Shown: in pieces, positions 21,421-32,083 of the stretch
How the letters are laid out: the number at the start of each line of letters is the position of its first letter
Numbering within the stretch: position 1 is the stretch's first letter
DNA from: Cyanophora paradoxa CCMP329
Lineage: Eukaryota; Plantae; Glaucophyta
DNA: 64,000 nt
Direction of reading: 5' to 3'
Assembly: GCA_004431415.1 (NCBI GenBank)
Contig: QPMI01000534.1
Location: 62,001 to 126,000, forward strand
Notes under the pieces: model-generated
What the model was told of the DNA's origin: nothing
Seen by the model: only the letters and a program-made list of their open reading frames with translations
The model's database searches: none
Program-made: the position numbers and the translations under genes

Positions 21421-22763
21421 GTCGACGACTCGGCGTTAGCGATTCCTGCGCATGCCGAATCCCGCCTCGCCGCTGGTCCCGCCGCGGTGCAGCTAGCGGC
21501 TGTAAACGTTGTTGCTGCTTCCAGTGCTGCTGCTGCTGTGCGGCCACTGCTGCCAGGCTGCAGAGTCAGTGCAGACTGCCAGCCTCAGTGCCAGGCTGCC
21601 AGGCTGCCAGCAGCGGGCCTGCCAGCGGCCCGGCGGGCCACCGCGGCCGTGGCACGCGGCGGTACCACTGCCAGTCTACTCAGACTCTACTGGCCAGTGG
21701 CCACTGCCGCAGTGCGCATAGTATGCGCATGCGCCGCGGCCCGCGGCGCATGCGCATGCGCCCAGCCTGGCAGGCGCTGAGCGGCCCACTGGGCCAGGCC
21801 CCAGCCTCCAGGGTCCGGGACTCGGACCGGGAGTCCGGGACGTCGACCCAGGTCCACTACTAGTACCGTAGTACCCGCCAGTACCCGGTGTGGCCCGTGT
21901 GGGCCGGTGACCGGTACGGCGCCGTAACGGCGGAACTGTACTAGGCTACTACTAGCCTAGTACTAGGCTAGTAGTAGTAACGTACCTTATTCATAAAGCT
22001 CGACAGGTTTTCAAGAAAGGTGACTTGAATGCAAAAACTCTTAGACAAGTTGCAATTGCATGCATATGGGAGGCATTGGGAGCTTGATTCAAGTTCTGGT
22101 TTTTTATGAAACATTAATTTTGAGAGACTAAATTTGTTACTCTGGTTGAATTACGAATTACGGTCGTATTGACGCGGTCGGACGGCGGTCGCTGGTCGGT
22201 ACTATACTAGTATACCGCGGTGCATATGCCGGTCTCGCGGTTGACACCGGTACCCATATATATGCATTGATATCACCGTAACATTGCTTTATTGTACCCC
22301 AACGTTCAACAAAATAAATATATAATAGAATTATAGCACATATATTCCCGAAATCGGGTATTAAGCGGGCGAGTCACTGGCGATCGCGACGCGACTGCCC
22401 TACGGCTTCGAATTCTGTGGCCGTAACGCAGCAGTGCGGCACGCCGCACCCGGCCGTGGCACGCGCCGCGTCCGCGTCGACTCTGCGACCGCCATGCAAC
22501 GTGCCGCCGCGCGCGGCGGCCGCCGGGCCCGGCGCCGGCGCGCGCAGGCCGCCGGGCGCAATTGTGCACGTGAAAGCGTATACTTATACGTAGTACGGAC
22601 CGTCGGACGCGCGCGAAGCCAGCGACCCATCGAGTCGCGTGGCATCGACTCGGAGAAGCGATCCTCTCAGATTCCGCTGGCTTGGAGTCACTGAGTCAGC
22701 GGCGACTCATGATCAGCGCGACCGTTCGCGCTGACGCCGATCGCGAGCCAGCGGATCGCTTCC

Positions 22764-25700
22764 ATGGGGTGCTGCAGCTCAAGCACCCGGAATAGGAGCG
22801 ATGCGGCCGTTTCCTCGCGCGTTGAAACGCGAGAGGTTGTCGTTGAGTTTATCGCCCCATGGCCACCAGCGCATGCACAACTCAAGCAGGTTCAATCTAG
22901 CGGGTCTGTCGCAACTGCAGCGTCGAATGCACATCCGGATTCGCATAAACGCGCGGTGCACGCGCCCACGCTGCAGCTTTCCACAGCACCTAGGCCTGCA
23001 GGTGCAGATACGTATACGCTGGCGCCGTCGGCATCGGCTTCGCATGCGCGGGCACGTGTAGGCACCACTGCAGCTTCAGCTGCGCATGCGCCCGTCGACG
23101 GTGGCCGAGGATGGGCTGCTGCACGACGACATTTCGCCCAGCAGCCAGGCGGAGCTCGATTGGCCAGCGTCGTCGTGCGCATGCGCTCCGAGCGTGGCGG
23201 CCTGCAGAGCCGCGCGATTCGAGTGTTTGTCTCATCCACTTTCCGTGAGCACGCGCTCCTTTTGTCCGATGTAGATGTTTCACAGCAACTCGCAGAGGAC
23301 ATGTCCGAAGAGCGGAATGCAATACGAGTCATCACATCACCGAGGCTCAGAGCGATTTGTGCGGAGCGAGGCCTCTTTTTCCACGCCGCAGACCTCAGGT
23401 ACCGATTTTAATCATAGTAAGATATATAAATGATTCGGTTCTGGATCGTGGACTAAGCAACCTCGAATCGTATTTTTGAAGGTGGGGGATCACGAGCAAA
23501 AGCTGCGATGAGGGGCTTGTGATCAAACTGTGCTTGTGGGAGGTGCGGCGAAGCAATTACTTCGTTGGTCTGGTGCGTGCATTATTATTTTCGTCGATCC
23601 TGGCTATAGCTATAGGCTATTGTCCTCACAGGAACATAATCATCGAACAATTAATTTTGACTTCTTTTACAGATCAAGGGGCGCTATGGGTGGCATATGA
23701 ATACAACTGATGGAAAAGAGGACGAAAAATTGCGCTTGTGCGCATCATTAAGCGAGGATTAATATTCGTTTTGTCTTGCGATTGTGAGCTGACAGATGCG
23801 CGCCGGGTTGGCGCGCGGGGGCGGGGCAGGAATCTGGAGATCGCGAAAGAGGACTTCCCGTGGCTGGGGGCGTGGGAGGACCGGTCGGTGACGGAGATGG
23901 AGATCCTCGAGGGCGTCCTCCTCAAGCGCGACGTCCGCCCCCGCCCCGCCCCCGCCCCGCCCCTCGCGGCCGACCGCTCGCCAGGACCCCAAGACGCGGG
24001 CGAACACCCTCTTCTACTTCGCGGGGGCCGAGCTGATGCGGCGGGAGGCGGCCGGCGCGGCGGGCGGCGGCGAGGGGCCGTACGCGGCGAGCCGTCTGGA
24101 AGCCCTGAAGGAGGAGATCAGGCGCACGGGGCTCCCCGTCGCCGAGTTCGAGGCCGCGGAGCCCCTCGCGCACGCCCTCCGCGACGCCCTCGAAGCCGTG
24201 CGCCCGCCCCGCCCCGCGCGCCCGGCCGCCCTCCGATCGGCGGGCGGGGGCGGGCGGGGCCGGCAGAGGATCGTGCGGGACTACCCCGTGCGGGGCCGCA
24301 GTCGTGGCTGGACGGGGAGCGCCTCAGCCACGCCGCCTTCGCGGCCCTGCGGCAGCGCGTCTTCGTGCGGGACCCGGAGGACGCGCGGGCCCTCGGCTCG
24401 TACGCCGCCGCCTCGGGGCCCGAGCTCCTCCTCCTCCACGGCCACGGCGGCTGCGGCAAGAGCGGTCCGCGCCCCCGCCCCGAGCAATCTCTCCGCTCCT
24501 CGGAGTTCCGTCCCGAGGCCCGGCCGCGCCGTGACGGGCGCGGGGCCGGGGCAGCGCTGCTTGCAAACTGGGCGCGGGACTGGGCGGCGGGCCACCCCGA
24601 CGACCTGACCGTCGTGCACTTCATCGGCGGCTCCCACAGCAGCTCCTTCCTCCCCTCCATCGCCCGGTCCGCCCCCCGCCCGCCCGACGCCGCCTTCGGG
24701 TCTGACCCGATCGCGACCATGGGCCGCCGGCGGGGCGCGCAGGCGGGTGAGCGAGGAGGTGACGGCGCGCTGGGCGGGCGTGGAGGGGATCGAGACGAGC
24801 GGGGACGACGCGGCGGTGGCGACGCGGCTCGTGGCGTTCCTGGCGAGGGGCGCCCGCGAGTGGCCCGGGCGGCTCGTGCTCGTGCTAGACGCCCTCGACC
24901 AGCTGCAGGGCGACGCCGCAGCCGTCGGCCTCGCCTGGCTGCCCCCCGCCGCCGGGCCCCGCCTCCGCCTCCTCCTCTCCACCCTCCCCGGTGCGTTCCC
25001 GCCGCCCGCGCCGCCGCCCGCGCCCCGCCGGCGCCCGTGACGCGGCCGGCCAGGGCCGCGGCTGGAGGCGGCGAGGGGCGAGGGGCGGGCGTGCGTGGAG
25101 GTGGAGGTGCGGCCGCTGGAGGAGGGCCGGCGGCGGCTCGTGCTCGAGGGCGTGCTGAAGGAGCAGGGGCGGGCCCTCTCGCGCGAGCACAGCGACCGCA
25201 TCGTGCGGGCGGCGCCGAGCGGCAACGCGCTCTTCCTCACCGTCCTCCTCGAGGAGCTCTCGAGCGCCTCCGTCCACGCGAACCTCGACGCCGACATCGA
25301 CGAGCTGCTCGCGTGCGGCGAGCCCCGCGCCCTCTTCGCCCGCCTCCTCCAGCGCCTCGCCGCGCGCTACGGGCGGCCCCTCGTCCGCGACGCCGCCGCC
25401 GCGCTCGTCTGCGCGCGCCTCGGGATGGCCGAGAGCGAGCTCGCCGCCTTCCTCCGCGTCGCCGCCCCCGACGGGCCCGAGGAGGTGCCCCCGCCCCGCC
25501 TCCCGCCGTTTCGCGCTGTTTCGCGGCGGGCCGGTATCCAATTCAAATCTTTTCGCGGCAGCTGACGTGGTCGTCGCTGTGGTTCAACCTGCTCACGTTG
25601 CTCGTGTGCCGCGGTGCGCGCAATCTTGGATTGCCTGTTGAATGTAGATCGGGCGCGAGTTGATCACCGTCGGCGGCGCCCAGATGGCCTCTACACCTTC

Positions 25701-28700
25701 TTCCACCGCTGCGCCGCCGAGGTGCGCCGGCGTCGCTCGCGTGCGCGTACGGCAGTGCACACGATTAAACGGTCTCGGCCGACATCGATCATAAATTAAA
25801 ATTACTCGGTTGCGCCGTGCGCGTGTAGCTGGCCACCGGTGACCTCGGGGGGGGCCGGGGGGCGCAGGCGGCCGAGAGCGAGTTCGGCCTGGCGGGCGAG
25901 GCGAGCGCGGCGCGGCGCGAGACGCACGGCCGCCTCGGCGCCTTCTTTGCGACGCAGCCGCCGTCGCAGCGGCGCGCGGACGAGGCCCCGTGGGCGCTCG
26001 CCCGCGCGGGGCCGGCCGCGAGCGAGCGGCTCGCAGCGCTGCTGAGCGAGGGCGACGTGCTGCGGCGCGTGGAGCGCTTCGAGATGGCCGGCCTCTGGCT
26101 GAAGAGCGGGCGGGCGGGGGAGGCGGCGGGGCGCTACGCGGCCGCGCTGGGCCTCGGCGGCGCGGAGGCGAGCCTCGAGGAGCTGCGGCGCGCCGGGGGC
26201 CTCCTCGGCGACATGAACTTCAACGCCGACGCCATCCGCTTCCACCAGGTCCCCGCCCCGCCCCCGGCGTCGGTCCGGTGTCCAGCCCGGCACGCTGGCC
26301 GCGAACTTGATCAGATTACAAGATCCGTTTCTAATAAACAGCTGCAGCGCTTTTTACGCCTCCTGACCTCCGGCGCGCAGGCTGCGCTGCAGCTGTGCGA
26401 GGCGCGGCACGGGGCGGAGCACCTGGCGACGGCGGCGGCGATGCAGAGCGTCGCCATCCTGCACAAGGCAGAGGGCCACTACGAGGCCGCCCTCCCCTAC
26501 TTCGAGGTCCGCCCCGCCCGCGGCCGCCGCCCGCCGCTGGCGCCGGCGCCTGGCGGCCCGCCCTCGCGCCCACGCCGCGCGCAGCGAGCCCTGCGGATCC
26601 GTAGGGCGCTGCTGCCCCCCGAGCACGACGACGTGGCGATGACGCTGCAGAACCTCGCAATCCTCCACACAGAGCGCTGCAACTTCACGGCCGCTCGGCC
26701 TCTCCTCGAGGTCTGCCCCCGCGCCCTTAGCTTGCCCGCACGTGCGAAGCGAAACGAGTGCTACTTATAAGAAGCGAATTCGAAGAGAGCTTCGCGCCTC
26801 GCGCGTGCTGATCTGTGTCACCGGTCGGCTCTGGCAGGAGGCGCTGCGGATGCGGCAGGCGTCGCGGGAGCTGGGGCCGGAGCACCCGAGCACGGCGTTA
26901 ACGATGCAGCACCTGGCCGCCCTCCACAGAGACGAGGGCGACCTCCGCGCCGCGCGCTCGCTCTTCGAGGTCCGCCCCCGCCCCGCCCCGCCCCCGCGCC
27001 CCCAGCGCGCCCCCGAGGCGCAAAGAGAGTCCATTTGGCTTTTATTAAGTTGCGTGTGAGACATCGTCATGACTCCGCTGCCGCACGTCGCGCTGCGCGG
27101 TGCGCAGGAGGTGCTCCGGATCAACCGACGGACGCTGGGCGGGGAGCACCCGTCGACAGCCTTCACCGTCGAGAGCCTGGGCGAGGTGCTGAGGAAGCTC
27201 GGCGACTTCGACGCCGCGAAAGCCCTCTTCGAGGTGAGACCGCCCCCTTCAACGTTAACGCGAAACGCGGTAGCCCGGGCGGGGATGGCACGGACAAGCT
27301 TAAGAACACGTTGCTCTCGCCCACGACTCGCTCGGGCTCTCGCGCGTGCGTGGCTGATCGGTCCCCGAAACGGCGGCAGGAGGCGCTGCGGGTGTACACG
27401 GCGTCCTACGGCAAGGAGCACCCGAACACGGCGACCGCGCTCGAGAACCTCGCCACCGTCGACGAGGCGCTCGGCGACTACGCCGCCGCCAGGCCCCGCT
27501 ACGAGGTGCGCCCGCCGTCCCCGCCGTCGCCGCCGCGCCCGCCGCGACGCCTCGCGATCGCGCCGCCGCCGCCGCGAGCGCAGGAGGCGCTGCGGATCCG
27601 GAGGGCGAGGCTGGGCGCCGAGCACGCCAACACGGGCGCCGCGGTGCAGAACCTCGCGAACCTCCTCTCCGCGCAGGGCGACTACGCCGCCGCCCGGCCC
27701 CTCTACGAGGCCCGCCCCCGGCCCCGCGGCGAGAGCCGAGCTCGACAGCAGGCGCCCTCACAGCGTCGCGTTCGCGCAGGAGGCGATACGGATCAACACG
27801 GCCACGTTCGGCCTGGAGCACGCGGAGACGGCCAACGCGATGCAGAACCTCGCCTTCCTCCTCATGGAGCACGACGAGCGCGGCCCCGCCCGGCCCCTCT
27901 TCGAGGCCCGCCGCGCCCCGCCCCGCTCGCCCCGGCCCGGCCCGGGCCCCGGCATCCGCGCCGCCGGCTGATCGCGCCGGGGCGGGGCGCGGTGGCAGGA
28001 GTCGCTGCGGGTCTACCGGAAGGTGTGCGGGGCGGAGCACGCGAGCACGGCGAACGCGACGGAGAACCTCGCGACGCTGCACCGCCTCCAGGGCGACCTC
28101 CCCACCGCCGCGGCCCTCTACCACGTGCCCGCCCCCGCCGCAGGCCGCCCCTCGCGCCGCCGGGCCGACGCAGTTTGCGCGCCGCGAATGCAGGAGGCGC
28201 TGCGGGTGCGGCTGAGCGTGCTGGGGCCGGACCACCCCGACACGGCGGAGACGATGCGGAGCCTCGGGCACCTGCACCGCGCGCGCGGCGACTTCGACGC
28301 CGCCGAGCGATCGCTGAAGGTCAGATCGCCCGTCCCCGCCGCGACGCAGCGCTAGCGGCTCGGATTCCCATCACCGAGTCGAGCGCGAAAACGCGCGATA
28401 TCGACCCCGACGTCCGACGGTCCGGGGCCGGGGCGCGCAGGAGGCGCTGCGGGTGTACGAGGCGTCGTTCGGGGGGGAGCACCCCGAGACGGCGAAGGCG
28501 GTGCTGGGGCTGGCGGACCTGCGGACCGCCCAGGGCGACCACGCGGCGGCGCGCCCCCTGTACGAGGTGCGCCGCCGCCGGCGCTCGGGGCGCGCGAGGC
28601 GGGGGGCGCGAGCGGCCCTCGCCGCAGGAGGCGCTGGCGGTGCTGGAGCGCGTCTCGGGGGCGGACCACCCCGACGCCAGGGCCGCCCGCGCGGCGCTCC

Positions 28701-28729
28701 AGGCCGCGCGCAGCGTGCTGGGTACTTGA
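22764..28729 (+). CDS. NPHP3/TTC41-like STAND protein B: N-acylation motif - DUF4062 - NACHT/AAA NTPase - TPR array
   Basis: Starts MGCCSSS; RAIRVFVSSTF|QDMSEERNAIR...DLR|WGIT...CLWEVRRSNYFVGL|IKGRYGW. Same NTPase as gene A, ten internal TPR exons, ends ARSVLGT*. One G-run frameshift near 24293, probably an assembly error. Confidence 0.88.
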
Positions 28730-29277
28730 GCTTGTTGTATCATATATAGTTAGCCTAGGATCTTAAAAGCTTCAGCTCAATGAAGAGCAAGCTTGCCACA
28801 GCTAGCCGAGGCGAGTTTCCGATCCGAGTGCTCATCGGGCGCGGTAAACGGCCCTGAAACGGCCCGCAGTCACGGGGGTTAAACGTTGACTGATCATGAA
28901 GATCATCGGATCATGATCAGAGCGCAGCCTCTCAAAACCTAGGTTCCGGATCCATATGTGTACTGGTATACGTAATTGATTATTATATAATTATTCCCTG
29001 GTCTCTGATAATATGCATATGAGTGTCGGCCATGTCAGTGTATTTACGTATACGTGATGTGCACGGTATCATGATCATGATCAAAGTATCCCCAAGCCAG
29101 CTGCCGCATATTAAAGCAGAGCAGTTACTCGCGAGCCACGGTGCAGCATGCGTTCGGTACGTATACAAATGTACGCGTACGACATGTACACACACTTATT
29201 CTAAGAATTCAAAAATCGCAATGGAGGAATCCAATCGCGAACGTCAGGCTTCAATGGCCCAGGGGCCCAGGGGTTCG

Positions 29278-29715
29278 CTAACGTGCTGTGAATGCAGTTG
29301 CCCTGTTAGCATGACCTCATTGAGAGAGTGTAAGCTGGGGCAAAACGCACCACCTTGTCCCCCGCAGTACGGGCACGGCTGCTGCTGATTCTGCGGGTTT
29401 CGAATTCTCCCGGACCCGTTGCAGGGCTGCACAATACACACGGATTGGCCATGAGTGGACGTTGGAATCGCGCTGGCGTCAGTGAGAGCGAAGGCAAATC
29501 TTGCAACGCACCTGGCATGGCTGCGGGCCACCTTGCTGGCCTGCATCTTGGGTTTGATTGGACTGATTGACGCCCGGACGCGCGGCAACGCGTCCGCCGA
29601 TGCCGGCGGCTGCGATTATTGGAAAAAGCATAAGCGATCGGACTCTGCCATCCTACTAGGCTGTGTCAAGCAGAGAAAGCGCACGGCGATCGTTGCCGCC
29701 TGGGCGGTCAAGCAT
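29278..29715 (-). CDS. Small (~70 aa) protein with two CxxCxGxG (DnaJ-type zinc finger) motifs
   Basis: Spliced model MLDRPGGNDRP|AGIGG...GPQPCQ|PCNGSGRIRNPQNQQQPCPYCGGQG|AR*. All introns begin gtgcg and end cag; start and last exon tentative. Confidence 0.55.
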
Positions 29716-32083
29716 GGAACGTTAGCCATATGCATTGGAGAGAGGGGCCGGGAAGCGTGAAACAGCAAGAACTTCACAGTAAGCACCGAAAATGCCGCTG
29801 AACCAACCGCTCATCTTCCGGATCCTCGCGATATCGAAGACGCTGGAGAATGGAGACAGCACTGCCGCAGTGCGACACTGCAGCAGCTACCGACTGTACA
29901 CGTACTACCGTACTGTATACGAAGTACGGCCACGGGTACTTAGTATGTCGGACGATCCCGGAGTCCCGGGGCTACAGGCTCACCCCCGCCGAGTTTCTTT
30001 CGTGATTAATATTCATCAGGCTCGACAGCGGTTTCATGATTGAATGCAAAAAGTTTCTTTCGTGATTCATGACTTGAATGCAAAAAGCGAGATGCTGAAA
30101 AATCCTGGCAAATTCTTCGTATTAATTAATTACCGAACACATTTGCATTATCGATATTAGACATAGTATTGATGTTAGACACCAGCGCTATATATAGCTA
30201 GCACTGCGGCCCATGGCCAGTCTGCGGGGGGGCGCAGTCTTTGCCGTGCACTGCGGCCGGGCAGAGGGGCACATTATCGCCGCTGCGACTCGGCGTCGAG
30301 TCGGCGACGCCGCAGCGGCCGCACATGTGATTCGATGATGTGAAGCCAAATAATTAAAATAACGAGGACAAGCTTATAATTAAGCTTAACTTAGTAGTAA
30401 GAGCACGAACAGCAGCTTATATTTTAAATTAAAGCTTGCATTATGTGTGCAATTGCCAAGTTGTGCAACGGAAGCAATTCAACGGCAGCTTGCAGTTTGC
30501 GATTCATCCAAAAAATTTGCAACGGCAGCTTGCATGCTTATATTGAATTCATGTTGGTCGGGTTGATTCGGGTGTACGCGTGTAAATTAAAACAGTACTT
30601 CTACTGTGTGAAATTTTAGACAGTAGTAATACTTAATATTAATTACGTATATATACGTATACGGTATACCGCGCTGACATAAGTTCACATAACTACCGCG
30701 CTCGAAAGTTTTTTACTAGTTAGTGCGCAGTAATTGTCTTTTGCTAACATTTTCAAGTTTTCTATCATAGATTCATAGTATGGGCGGCAGCCCGGCGCCG
30801 CGGCGGGCGGCGGCGGCTGGATAAAAACGCGCTCAGCGGCTAACTTTAGTAATTTAAAATTGGTACCGCACAGGCCTAGGTCCGCGCTAAAGCCTAAAGT
30901 GCTGATCGCGATCGACGCGGAAATTGAGAACTTGGTAATTTGCGGCGCGGTTATAAACTTTTTGAAATGATGATCATGCCATGATGGTGGCATATGCATG
31001 ATCTGGGAATTTGGGAATCAAGTTCTGGGTATCGGTTCTGGGTATACGTACCGGGTAGTACCGTAGTACGTACCAGCTGCAGACTGCAGTACAAGCGCTG
31101 AGTCGCTGACTCGTGACTCAGAGTCGTGAGTCGTGAGACTCGTGACCCGGCGCTGACCGTCGGACTCGGCTGCGGCGCTGTCACTGCCTGTCAGTCACAG
31201 TCAGTGCCTGTCACGCCGCACGTGCACCCGGGACCGCGTGCGCTGAGCTGCCTGAGCATGCGCATCGATTTGGCATAAAGCAGCGGACCGTAACGGACTG
31301 TGCGCGCGGTGCACACGTACCGTAGTACAGTCGCTGCAGCTGCAGACCGGACTTTGCAGGCAAATTGCAGCCCGTGCACGTGCACGTGCAGCCGAAGTTG
31401 CTGCCTCACGATCATGGTCGCAACTGCAGTTAACGTTGGCGACGAATTTGAAGGCGTCGCCTCCCGTCTCCAGGTGCGTCTCGCAATTGCAACTTGCAAC
31501 GTAATTAGGTCAACTGCTGCGCGCACATTATGGGCTAACCTAATAGCTAAATAGTACTATAGCTACGGTCCGGTGCTGCGCATGCATCATAATCAGCCTG
31601 CAGCTGCACTGTGCATGCGCACCGCCGTAAACGTCAACATGCGCACCGCACCGCAATTATAACTCATATAGATCGTCGGATTGTTTGTCCTGATTATGAT
31701 GCCATGATGGCACCTGATCGCGATATCGATCGTTCCGATCTAACGATCATGATCATGATCACCGTTAACGTTGCACGGCAGGCGCAGGCGCCTGTGCACG
31801 TAGCGTCGACGTCAGCTGCATATGCGCATGCATTCGCGACGCCGACACTTGCTGCATCTGAAGTGTCTGAAGTGAATCGCAGTACAAGAAAGCATGCATA
31901 TGTGCATGCGCACGGCATGCGCAAGCCAAAGCGCGGTGCGTCAAAATTTTCGAATCGCCGCCAATCTAGTTAATTTCAATTTGCAAGTTTAATATCATAA
32001 TATCATATCGAAACTCTGAATCTCGATTTAGATCTTGTTGAACTTGTACTGTTCGCGTAATCATAACTAACCTAGGCCTGGGC

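Larger units (their letters stand above)
15552..28825. repeat. Large inverted duplication: arms ~15552-20749 and ~23809-28825
   Basis: The arms are reverse complements, near-identical in exons and introns, with a more diverged 3' flank. High identity ends sharply at tggcgcgcggggg, in the intron before NLEIAKEDF. Confidence 0.95.

Noticed and set aside
5790-24295. Pseudogene status or programmed frameshifting for the LRR-BTB and STAND copies
   Set aside because: Each frameshift (~5795, ~9302, ~18370, ~24293; also ~62056) is one missing base in a G/C homopolymer and, where a sister copy exists, is intact there. This is typical long-read error; raw reads are needed to settle it.
2692-28729. Long Arg/Gly/Pro/Ala-rich ORFs in the track (e.g. 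2692-4125, 11486-13117, 15817-17514, 19019-20275, 23738-25663)
   Set aside because: Shadow or read-through frames caused by very high GC and stop-free introns; the real genes are spliced.
30685-30999. 104-aa minus-strand ORF, possibly a decayed gene or viral relic
   Set aside because: No recognisable motif or splice structure; cannot be supported without a search.
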